From a virus, in the IMG/VR virus record IMGVR_UViG_3300045988_052195: a stretch of 45,717 bases of DNA. One strand, written 5' to 3'. Of this stretch, positions 1 through 7,682 are shown in pieces; the stretch's first letter is position 1, and each line of letters opens with the position of its first letter. Both the position numbers and the translations under genes were made by a program. The notes under the pieces were generated by a model. It worked only from the letters and a program-made list of their open reading frames with translations. It was not told the origin of the DNA and ran no database searches.

Positions 1-119
1 AATGCCGGTGACCGGACTTGAACCGGTTTATAGGGCGATAAGGGAATTTCTTGAAAATACAGGGGTTTCTTGAAATTCCCTTATTTTATGCGGCTTTTTG
101 GTGTGCTATCAAGTGTAGT
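1..119. repeat. Left copy of exact 119-bp terminal direct repeat
   Basis: Bases 1-119 are identical to 45599-45717 by direct comparison. Confidence 0.95.
40..82. repeat. 11-bp stem hairpin in the att region containing two TTTCTTGAAA direct repeats
   Basis: AAGGGAATTTC (40-50) pairs with GAAATTCCCTT (72-82) around a 21-nt loop. TTTCTTGAAA occurs twice. Duplicated at 45638-45680. Confidence 0.6.
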
Positions 120-131
120 TATCTACACTTG
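110..131. repeat. Perfect 9-bp palindrome with 4-nt spacer
   Basis: CAAGTGTAG-TTAT-CTACACTTG. It spans the inner edge of the terminal repeat. Confidence 0.7.
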
Positions 132-162
132 ATTGACGTACTCTTTACTATAATTGTAGATC

Positions 163-192
163 TATGCAACACGAAATGCAACACGAAATGCA
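163..192. repeat. Tandem 12-mer ATGCAACACGAA (about 2.4 copies), candidate integrase arm-type site
   Basis: TATGCAACACGAAATGCAACAC at 163-184 is identical to 45541-45562 on the other side of the att core. Confidence 0.6.
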
Positions 193-909
193 TTACAGAT
201 CCCACCGCTCTAACGCACCCTCTGTCCCCTTCGCATGCCAGAGTGCGCCTTGGTACTCTCCGGACTCTTCAAGGTAATACCAGTCACCTACACCTGTTTT
301 GGATCCATCAAACTGCACCCAGCCGGTCAGCATATAACCAGATGCGCCAAAGAGGTAGTAGTGGCGGTTGATTACTTTCCAACACATCTTCGGATAAGAC
401 CCATCCGCATTCCGCCACCACCAGCCGTGAGCGTCATGTACCCAGCCTTCCGGCAGATCCTCCGTATCTTTCTCCCATGTTGCCATAAAAGCCTCTGGCG
501 TGGCGTACAGGGATCTTATGTGACTTGTACCGCTGCCCCAGTCTGGGAGCTGGAAATGCGGCTTGTCCTGGATAGATTTCCAGTTACCGCCCCACTCAAG
601 TCCGAGGGAAACTCCGATCGCACCTACACGGGAAAAGAAACCGTCAGCGTCATAGTATGCGCCACGGCCATCAGCCCGGTAGATATCAAAGGCCGTCCCC
701 CACTGGTGGAAGGAGCTGTAACTGGATCCGCGAGCGTTCGTCACCTTGTTTCCCGGTTTTGTTCGCCCCTGTGCATAAAACGCATCCTGCTCTGCCACGG
801 TGCGGAAGGTCTCGCCGATCTTGATTTTTAATCCTTGATCGGCGCATTTATGTATCAGCTCTGCCGCGAGCTTCTGGAGCCGCGGATGACATAATGTAAC
901 ATCTCTCAT
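193..909 (-). CDS. Endolysin: M15 (VanY/D-Ala-D-Ala carboxypeptidase-like) peptidase domain plus C-terminal cell-wall-binding repeats
   Basis: N-terminal region with FRTVAEQDALY-like and HQWGTAFD motifs typical of peptidase M15. C-terminus has GW..xG.WYY-type repeats (GWVQFDG..., DWYYLEESG). It is the last gene of the late operon. ATG at 909 follows GGGGAA; the track start at 915 is TTG. Confidence 0.8.
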   Translation of the reverse strand: MRDVTLCHPRLQKLAAELIHKCADQGLKIKIGETFRTVAEQDAFYAQGRTKPGNKVTNARGSSYSSFHQWGTAFDIYRADGRGAYYDADGFFSRVGAIGVSLGLEWGGNWKSIQDKPHFQLPDWGSGTSHIRSLYATPEAFMATWEKDTEDLPEGWVHDAHGWWWRNADGSYPKMCWKVINRHYYLFGASGYMLTGWVQFDGSKTGVGDWYYLEESGEYQGALWHAKGTEGALERWDL

Positions 910-1020
910 AATCAATTCCCCTATCTATAATATCAGTTTTCTTCCATCTGACCACGCTTCCAGAAGCTCAGATAATTGCAACGGTTATCTCTATTGGCAT
1001 CTTCTTCTCCCCTTTCTCTG

Positions 1021-2466
1021 TTAGATACAAGCATACATATTTCCATAGAAATATGCTGTTTTCGTTCCTGTGATATCGTTTCCGTTTGCATTTTGATCCC
1101 ACCAATAACAGCTAAACTTAGCTGGTCCAAAACATACTATATTTTCTATAGTAGTTACGGATCCATCGACCATACTTTCAGACGTATATCTGGCATTAAA
1201 TACATTAGAGAGACCTGCTGCTGCATATTTCTTATATGGTTCATGATTTGCAGCACCATTTTCATAGCTTCCATGCTCATATACGGTACTCAGTTGCGTT
1301 CCGTTGTACTTTTCGCTTCCAAATGCTTCGATATCTACACCATTATACGCTTTAGATGGCGGTGTGTTTCCGTTGTATCCGAATGTATGTTTGTTGGTTA
1401 CAACAATTGTTCCTGTCTCACCGCTATATGAATCCTGCCATGTAGAGCTGTTGGTAATGTCTCTACCTGTAGGGTATGCAGAATATACGGCTTTGTCCGT
1501 ATAATAATCTCCGCTGCTGCTTGTAACACGATAACTTGGAGATAATGTGAAATCCTGCTTTTTCGAAAAATATGTTGCATTGGCAAGAGAATTCACAATC
1601 TTATCATAGTATGATGGAATCGTTGCTGAGAGGTTTGCATACATACATGCCTTTTTATTTTTGGCAAGCGCATTAAGGGCATACGCTGAGCCTGCAATAG
1701 CTTTCGCACCTTCTGTGCTCCAAACCATGTTCTTGAATTTTCCATCCACATCATTAAGCACAGTCGGGAATTTGCTTGGAGTAACCCATATAGCCATACT
1801 TTGAGCATTTGAAGTATCCCACCATTCTGGCGTTTTGGCTTGCACATTCGTCACTCCTGCATTATCCAGCCCTGTAAAATAGCTCATGCAAGTGAAATAA
1901 TATGTGGTTTCATATGTCAAGCCGGTGATATCCACATAGTTATCTCCGCCAGCCTGACTCGGATTGTTTCCAGCTCCCCTGTATTTCTCTGTACCGCCGC
2001 TCGCTCCCGGTGTGCCGGACGTAGACATCCGCACAATAATTCCCTGCCACGGTCCTTTTGCCGGATTCTTCCAGCTGATGCGGATCGTGTTATGAGAGCG
2101 AGCGGCCGCGCTAAAAGATATTGCGGACTGGGTTTCCATTGTCCCAGTGCGGAGAACACCGTCTTTCCAGTATGTTTTTCCCTTCACGACATAGCGATCT
2201 TCCGCTGTAGCTCCGCTTGTCTGGCTTGCCAGGTTCTTCGCTGATACGGAGCCGCCGGTATAATGTCCTTCTGATAAGGTCACGGACTCACCAGCGGAAA
2301 GTGTTCTTGACAGGTTTCCACGCTCCGGCATTGTGCCGGTCAGCGCTTCATCATCGCTGTCGTTGGTGACGGCCGTCACGCCTGCGAGCACCTGATTTCG
2401 TTTTGCTGTGCAGTCATCGGATCCGGTTCCGGATCCGCCATACTGCTTTAAAAAGGCATCTGCCAT
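1021..2466 (-). CDS. Tail fibre / receptor-binding protein with fibronectin-III-like domain
   Basis: 481 aa. Region ISFSAAARSHNTIRISWKNPAKGPWQGIIVRMS...YYFTC resembles an FN3 module. It sits between the fibre genes and the endolysin. Start moved to ATG 2466, preceded by AAAGGAGA. Confidence 0.65.
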   Translation of the reverse strand: MADAFLKQYGGSGTGSDDCTAKRNQVLAGVTAVTNDSDDEALTGTMPERGNLSRTLSAGESVTLSEGHYTGGSVSAKNLASQTSGATAEDRYVVKGKTYWKDGVLRTGTMETQSAISFSAAARSHNTIRISWKNPAKGPWQGIIVRMSTSGTPGASGGTEKYRGAGNNPSQAGGDNYVDITGLTYETTYYFTCMSYFTGLDNAGVTNVQAKTPEWWDTSNAQSMAIWVTPSKFPTVLNDVDGKFKNMVWSTEGAKAIAGSAYALNALAKNKKACMYANLSATIPSYYDKIVNSLANATYFSKKQDFTLSPSYRVTSSSGDYYTDKAVYSAYPTGRDITNSSTWQDSYSGETGTIVVTNKHTFGYNGNTPPSKAYNGVDIEAFGSEKYNGTQLSTVYEHGSYENGAANHEPYKKYAAAGLSNVFNARYTSESMVDGSVTTIENIVCFGPAKFSCYWWDQNANGNDITGTKTAYFYGNMYACI

Positions 2467-2551
2467 AATATAATATCTCCTTTCTTTGCCGAAAAATTTC
2501 GAACGGTTCAATACCATTTTCCTGAGCCTGCGAAAATGGTTTGTGACCGCC

Positions 2552-2618
2552 TTTAATTCAACTCGTTTTAACTCGTTTTTTGCTAATGTAACTCATTTTA
2601 ATTCAAGTTGCCAACTTG
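2552..2618. repeat. Cluster of short direct repeats and a palindrome in the spacer outside the fibre cassette
   Basis: AACTCGTTTT at 2560 and 2570, AACTCATTTT at 2590, TTTAATTCAA at 2552 and 2597, and palindrome CAAGTTG-C-CAACTTG at 2604-2618. Confidence 0.6.
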
Positions 2619-2657
2619 CTAGTGTTCTTGAATAACAAGTCTCGAAGTAAAAAGTAA

Positions 2658-3302
2658 TTGGAATATTGTGCTCCTCGATCAATCCATAATCCCATAACTT
2701 TTATTCCTCATCAAAATAACAATTTGAGTAAGAGAATTCCATCTACCAAGGGCTCTTATAGCATGAACGACCTTCCTAAATTGCAACAAGGCTCCACAAA
2801 AGAGCAAGAACGCGCGAAAATATTAGAATGGTTCAACAGCCTTCCGAACTATTCGTATGGAATGTCTACAATGCATACTAACAATCCGAAAGGGTTCTTT
2901 AAATCTGGAGGAACACGACTCTTATCTGCATATCGCGCTCAAGACGGGAACTATGGTGGAATTTTTGCTCTTCCGTACTGGCATACTGAAGGACCTTCTT
3001 TCGCAACTGTCGAAAATGGAACATTATCAGATCTTCATCAGCTTGCTTTAAAGGATGATTTGTTATCCATTGATGTTAAAAAATATACAAGTGGCGCTCT
3101 GTCTAAAGGCGCTCAGAAGGAAATCAACCTTACATTTGAACCCAGAACAGGATATACGAGAAGATACTTTGTAGGAGAATTAACCGGAACCGGGTCTAAT
3201 AGTTCCCTTGTCAACGTTCATGGGTCAACGCTTAGCTTCTTTGCTTTTGATAGGGATGCTAACATTACAGCAACTATTTTGTGTATATATACAAAAGATT
3301 AG
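2658..3302 (+). CDS. Start-less alternative tail-fibre C-terminal cassette (open frame; in phase with the inverted repeat from 2715)
   Basis: It is the only plus-strand ORF in the tail module and converges on the fibre gene, with stops 1 nt apart. There is no SD, the track start is TTG, and the first ATG is codon 36. Codons 20-24 (NNNLS) are encoded by the inverted repeat in the same phase as in the fibre gene. Confidence 0.6.
   Translation: MEYCAPRSIHNPITFIPHQNNNLSKRIPSTKGSYSMNDLPKLQQGSTKEQERAKILEWFNSLPNYSYGMSTMHTNNPKGFFKSGGTRLLSAYRAQDGNYGGIFALPYWHTEGPSFATVENGTLSDLHQLALKDDLLSIDVKKYTSGALSKGAQKEINLTFEPRTGYTRRYFVGELTGTGSNSSLVNVHGSTLSFFAFDRDANITATILCIYTKD
2714..2729. repeat. Left arm of perfect 16-bp inverted repeat (candidate recombination site)
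   Basis: AAATAACAATTTGAGT. Its reverse complement is at 3919-3934. Confidence 0.85.
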
Positions 3303-3303
3303 G

Positions 3304-4209
3304 TTACTCCGCTGGATACGATATAGTTTGTCGCAAAAAGAACCCAGAAACATCAATATTATTATTAAAAAGCGAAAACTGTCCATTGGGGTCTATCTTT
3401 AAGGTCATCGGTTTTCCGGTTTGTGTAGTATAAACCTGGAAATGCTGCTTAAGCGGACGGTATTTCACGTTCAGCGTTCCAAGTAGCATAAAATCAGATA
3501 CCGCTTTCATAGTGCCAGAGGTATTGAATGATAAAGTAACCATATTTCCACAGCGTTCTGCTAATGCAGTCCAGCTACTAAAAGTAACTCCGTTAAGAGA
3601 TGGCCGTGTTATGACTTCTGAAACCGTCGTCAAATCATCCTTTGTAGCAGTTGTGGTCCAGTTTGTCCAAGCACCATTATTGAAGGACCTACTCGCATGT
3701 TTCCCATATACGTCGGTGTATTCTTGAACATATACGCAATTGCTGTTTGTTGGATGGAGGCTGTATGGACTCCGCATACATAAGAGAATTCCGTAATTTG
3801 AAAATCCGGAAGGTAAAGCACCGATATTATTGCCCGTTACATAATACACACCTGTGCGTTCAGGGCTATTTAAACTTGTTTTTTCTATTAAAACATTCAG
3901 ATTGATCCGATCAGGGTCACTCAAATTGTTATTTACAGCCGAGATGTCTCCGGCGTTCTTCGTTACCTGAGACTGTAAATCCTTGATTACATCAACGGCG
4001 GAATTGAGTGCATCCGTGACGCGTTTGATCGCCTGTTCCGGCTTATTCAGATGCTCCGCATCAATGTCCGGAGATGAGTTGTCTACCCAAGTAGTGGGGG
4101 TGTAAGCTTCGATTTTTGCAAGAGCATCAGCAAGAGCCTGTGCGGATGCGAGGGAAACTGTATTTTCTTCTGCCTGCGTGCTGTTCTCGTTTTTCTCTAA
4201 TTCTTCCAT
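3304..4209 (-). CDS. Tail fibre protein (constant N-terminus plus currently expressed C-terminal domain)
   Basis: 301 aa with AAGGAGGA RBS. The N-terminus is helical with an AEHLNKPEQAI fibre-type motif. The C-terminal beta-rich domain follows NNNLS at residues 93-97. Confidence 0.75.
   Translation of the reverse strand: MEELEKNENSTQAEENTVSLASAQALADALAKIEAYTPTTWVDNSSPDIDAEHLNKPEQAIKRVTDALNSAVDVIKDLQSQVTKNAGDISAVNNNLSDPDRINLNVLIEKTSLNSPERTGVYYVTGNNIGALPSGFSNYGILLCMRSPYSLHPTNSNCVYVQEYTDVYGKHASRSFNNGAWTNWTTTATKDDLTTVSEVITRPSLNGVTFSSWTALAERCGNMVTLSFNTSGTMKAVSDFMLLGTLNVKYRPLKQHFQVYTTQTGKPMTLKIDPNGQFSLFNNNIDVSGFFLRQTISYPAE
3919..3934. repeat. Right arm of perfect 16-bp inverted repeat
   Basis: ACTCAAATTGTTATTT is the reverse complement of 2714-2729. 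It lies inside fibre codons 92-97. Confidence 0.85.
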
Positions 4210-4220
4210 GCTGTTCCTCC

Positions 4221-4661
4221 TTATGATCTGTGGATTTCTATGGGCAAGTCAAGGTTTGGCTTGTCGAAATTGCAGTATGCCGTGAGCTGTCCATCCCCGG
4301 TAACGATCCGATCCACCTTGTTCCATTCCTTCCGGCGCGCTTTTTTGCTTGCCTTAGATGTCAGATCATCGGTGCAGGAGATATCCGGGCGGTCCGTGCC
4401 CTTAAGTCCTTCAACAGTGATCGTCTGCATGTATGGTGCACTTGTGGTCCATCCTCCAGCCGTCAATGTGCCGGTACGCACATCATAGAGTCGGTTTATT
4501 GCCATGTTTGTCGCGTTGATATCTTCGGCTTTGAACGGGTCCCCTTCCTGCGTGTATACAGTCTGATCCACGAGGGAAATTGTCCCGTCCGCGTTACTCA
4601 CCTGATTGTATTTTCTGTTCCCTTCATAGATGTCATCCTTATAGTTCGTTTTTAATGCCAT
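4221..4661 (-). CDS. Tail fibre / baseplate-associated protein
   Basis: 146 aa with AGGAGG RBS. It has an EGDPFKAEDINATNMAINRL fibre-type motif and sits in the distal tail module. Confidence 0.6.
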   Translation of the reverse strand: MALKTNYKDDIYEGNRKYNQVSNADGTISLVDQTVYTQEGDPFKAEDINATNMAINRLYDVRTGTLTAGGWTTSAPYMQTITVEGLKGTDRPDISCTDDLTSKASKKARRKEWNKVDRIVTGDGQLTAYCNFDKPNLDLPIEIHRS

Positions 4662-4664
4662 GTG

Positions 4665-5078
4665 CTACCTCCTGTCTCCGATTGACTTTGTTCCCAGCCG
4701 GAACGCAAGCCGCCGCGCCCCGGACATGGATGACTGATACATCTCATAGATATCTGCAAGGATCTGTTCGATATTGTTGGCTTCCGTAACGGACTGATAT
4801 TCGATTCTCTGCGGCGTTTCCGGGGTCGTTGGCTTTGTGAAGTATGCCTCTCTCAGCGCCTGTATGTTGCCACGGATCCGCTGCATATCGCTGTCGGTAC
4901 GGAAATCTCGCATTGTCCAGTCTGTTTTTGTGTTGATGTCCACAAGCAGGATGTCCGCAAGATCACGGCAGGCTGTTTCTACACGGTTGAGATCCGTATA
5001 AGCAATACAGCCTTTTTCCGTGCGGTTTGCTACATCGTCCGCCGTGCGGTCTGTTATCAGAGTCTCAAAAACGCTCAT
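4665..5078 (-). CDS. Hypothetical distal-tail protein
   Basis: 137 aa. It is translationally coupled (ATGA overlap) to the upstream 735-aa tail protein. No motif recognised. Confidence 0.6.
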   Translation of the reverse strand: MSVFETLITDRTADDVANRTEKGCIAYTDLNRVETACRDLADILLVDINTKTDWTMRDFRTDSDMQRIRGNIQALREAYFTKPTTPETPQRIEYQSVTEANNIEQILADIYEMYQSSMSGARRLAFRLGTKSIGDRR

Positions 5079-7282
5079 CCTATTTCTACCTCCGCTGTCA
5101 TTTCTCGTGTGAATGTGAAATCCATCTTTTTAATGGCTCCGATCCGTGTCCCGTCAAAGTCTGTATCTACTGAAACAATATCCCCCAACTCTTCCTCATT
5201 GAGTAAGACACGGCAGGAAACAGACTCGTTGCTGCCGTAATAATCGTATACACGATTAAGAACTTCATTCACATTCTGGGGGTTTACGAGTGTCGCGTCC
5301 TTCACTTCCACGAGATTCTCATTCTGTGATATGTTAGGGTTCGCTTTCTCATACAGGGTTGTCATGTGGGTGTATTTCTTGCCAGTCAGAACTACTTCGC
5401 TACCGGTTCCGGTAATGACCGCCCAGTTATCTCCGGACGCGCTGATCGCGCCGCCGGTGATTACAAGATCATAATGGGCTTCCGAGAACGTAATCTGAGC
5501 CGTCCCATTCAGAGTATCTTTATAGAGTTCCTCCGATTCCGAGGATTTCACGTAAGTGTGCGCGTATACCTTTGCACCAGTGGTGATGTCGCTGTGGTCG
5601 ATCGTCAGCCCCGATAGAGTGTTGGACTTCGTAAAGTTCTGCTTCGTGGCTCTCATGCCTGGTACAAGTCCTTTTCCCGGATGGAGTCCCATATGCGGCT
5701 TTATGATGCCTGTATTCCGAGGATAGATATACAGATTGAGATCATACGCGGTGTTGACAGATGCCCCGATTGCAAAAGCAACTTGAGCGAGCGCGTCACG
5801 CCTGCGGCAGACTGGAAGATATCCGCTTACTGTCAGATTTTCCAAGGTCTGATCAAGGAAATAATCAATCCCCTGTCCTTCGAAAATCGCCGCTATGACG
5901 TTTTTGACCGGTTCATTATTGTATATACCGCCCATAAAGTCTGTCGTGTCTAAAAGCCCCACAGCGTCCTCGGTATTAACTTCATAGTCCGTTTTACTTA
6001 CACGTTTTCCAGATTTAAGATAAAAAATACCGATGATATTTTCGTCAAAGTATAATTTCATCTGTTGGCGGCGCTGGAAATTGAATGCAATGCTCGACTT
6101 ACTCCGGATCGTGAAACTTAGTGTGTTGATACTAAGTTCTTCGCTGATCGGGCTCATCTCTATAAAGCAATCTACATTCTTCGCTTCATCATCCAGAAAT
6201 GTACGCCCAAGTCCATACTGGATATTCGATAAAAACACCGGTCTGAACGGTCTTGATGTCTTTTCAAAGGTGATCGTGATCCTATTGTAATACTCCTCTG
6301 GATGATAACAGAAATACTCATACCCGTCCGGGTGGAACGTCTCAGAGGATAATGTCTCGCCGTCACGATACCACGTGATGGTGAGCTGAGAGCAATAGTC
6401 CCCGGAATGATCATTGAACACCAGAGAGATGCCCTGACTGCTGTACTTATCTGAAAATGTCGCGGTCAGCGTAGGAGGCTCATATTCACTACCTGGATAC
6501 AGTTCGGAATGCGGAACCAAGCCACCCGTGGGGCGGATGATTCCGTGCGGGAAATCCCCGTTTTTATCCGATACCAGCCGAGATATATATCCGACTTCCG
6601 GGAAAACATCATAGTTCTTATACCCCTCATTCAGTAAGGAATACCCCGGATAGTTCAGTGCCACATCGGGGAAGGAATATTTCTTTTTCAGATCGCCCAG
6701 CCGCCCGCCATCATTCACGCTGTACTCCGCGTTTTCTTTCGCTCCGAGGGCGATATCTCCATATACGATCTTGAGCCCGCCAGCATCCACAAGCCTGTAG
6801 TTCATGATCTTCGAAATCCATATATGGCGATACGGCCGTGAAGTGTGAAGGAATGTGATTTCCACCTCATTATGGAGCTTCACGGATGCTTCACAAAAAT
6901 ATACGCTTGATGTCGGGGAAAAATCCATGTTTTCCACAAGAGCACCGCTTTTATACCACTTAATATTAACTATATCCGCATAGTCGCCGGAAACATCGTT
7001 AAAATTCAGCGTAATCCCTCTGGAAGTCTTGAGCCTGTCAAAATGGATCCGAAGAATCGGAGGGTCTACAAAGTCTCCGTTCGCGTCTGATATCTGGCTA
7101 CTGGTATACCCACTTTTTCCCTCCGGGATTCTGTCCGGAGTGTTTTTGTAGCTGCCATTCAGAAGAGCATAGCCTGGAAGGAGATAGGCATACCCAGGAA
7201 TCGGATTTTCCTGGTTCGTGAGTTCACTTGTGGAGGAATAATACTCTTCCCCATTCGCTGATATTGACACATCCCACTTCAT
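5075..7282 (-). CDS. Large distal tail / baseplate protein with two tandem about 160-aa N-terminal repeats
   Basis: 735 aa with AAGGAGA RBS, second gene after the tape measure. It has an internal duplication (PGYALLNGSYKN...RGITLNFNDVSGDY...HTSRPYR versus PGYSLLNEGYKN...QGISLVFNDHSGDY...KTSRPFR). Confidence 0.7.
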   Translation of the reverse strand: MKWDVSISANGEEYYSSTSELTNQENPIPGYAYLLPGYALLNGSYKNTPDRIPEGKSGYTSSQISDANGDFVDPPILRIHFDRLKTSRGITLNFNDVSGDYADIVNIKWYKSGALVENMDFSPTSSVYFCEASVKLHNEVEITFLHTSRPYRHIWISKIMNYRLVDAGGLKIVYGDIALGAKENAEYSVNDGGRLGDLKKKYSFPDVALNYPGYSLLNEGYKNYDVFPEVGYISRLVSDKNGDFPHGIIRPTGGLVPHSELYPGSEYEPPTLTATFSDKYSSQGISLVFNDHSGDYCSQLTITWYRDGETLSSETFHPDGYEYFCYHPEEYYNRITITFEKTSRPFRPVFLSNIQYGLGRTFLDDEAKNVDCFIEMSPISEELSINTLSFTIRSKSSIAFNFQRRQQMKLYFDENIIGIFYLKSGKRVSKTDYEVNTEDAVGLLDTTDFMGGIYNNEPVKNVIAAIFEGQGIDYFLDQTLENLTVSGYLPVCRRRDALAQVAFAIGASVNTAYDLNLYIYPRNTGIIKPHMGLHPGKGLVPGMRATKQNFTKSNTLSGLTIDHSDITTGAKVYAHTYVKSSESEELYKDTLNGTAQITFSEAHYDLVITGGAISASGDNWAVITGTGSEVVLTGKKYTHMTTLYEKANPNISQNENLVEVKDATLVNPQNVNEVLNRVYDYYGSNESVSCRVLLNEEELGDIVSVDTDFDGTRIGAIKKMDFTFTREMTAEVEIG

Positions 7283-7283
7283 G

Positions 7284-7682
7284 TTATCTCCTTCTCTGCG
7301 GTTCCATCGCTACAAAGTTGAGTTTAAGATTATCATCATAGCCCCACAAATTAACGCCCTCTCTGCGGATCATGGTGTCGTTTGCTTCTGTGATGTATGC
7401 CTTAAATGATAACGTTTCCTGTCCGTACGGAAAAACAAGATTATGGCTATCTACCGGAGCGCTTACCACATCATACAGCCTGTCGTAATCCTGATGCTTT
7501 CCTTCTTTCGCGGCAACTTCGAGAGTGTAATTGTAATATGTTCCGATGATGTCTCTATGCATTACTCCGTCAAGCGTGCGCCCAGAGTTGTCCGTATCGG
7601 TTACTTTTGCGTTTCTCGAGAGTTTCATGACATTTACGTCATATTCCACTCCATCCACGGTAAACACTGTAAAATGGCTCAT
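7284..7682 (-). CDS. Small distal tail protein (putative)
   Basis: 132 aa with AGGAGGA RBS and an ATGA overlap with the tape-measure stop. The call rests on position only. Confidence 0.55.
   Translation of the reverse strand: MSHFTVFTVDGVEYDVNVMKLSRNAKVTDTDNSGRTLDGVMHRDIIGTYYNYTLEVAAKEGKHQDYDRLYDVVSAPVDSHNLVFPYGQETLSFKAYITEANDTMIRREGVNLWGYDDNLKLNFVAMEPQRRR

Noticed and set aside
3-100. Complete tRNA gene at the att site
   Set aside because: Only the T-arm and 3' acceptor strand are present. No complementary 5' acceptor (GCCGGTG), D-arm or anticodon arm lies upstream on the minus strand.
51-831. Plus-strand ORFs 51-371 and 235-831
   Set aside because: They run across the att repeats or antisense to the well-supported endolysin gene. 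They have no RBS and an odd composition, and they look like antisense-frame artefacts.
933-1130. 65-aa minus-strand ORF between the fibre gene and the endolysin, considered as a possible holin
   Set aside because: It has no hydrophobic segment and no RBS, and it overlaps the 3' end of the 481-aa fibre gene in another frame.
1021-4661. Diversity-generating retroelement acting on the fibre genes
   Set aside because: No reverse transcriptase ORF exists anywhere in the window, and I found no template/variable repeat pair with adenine-specific differences.
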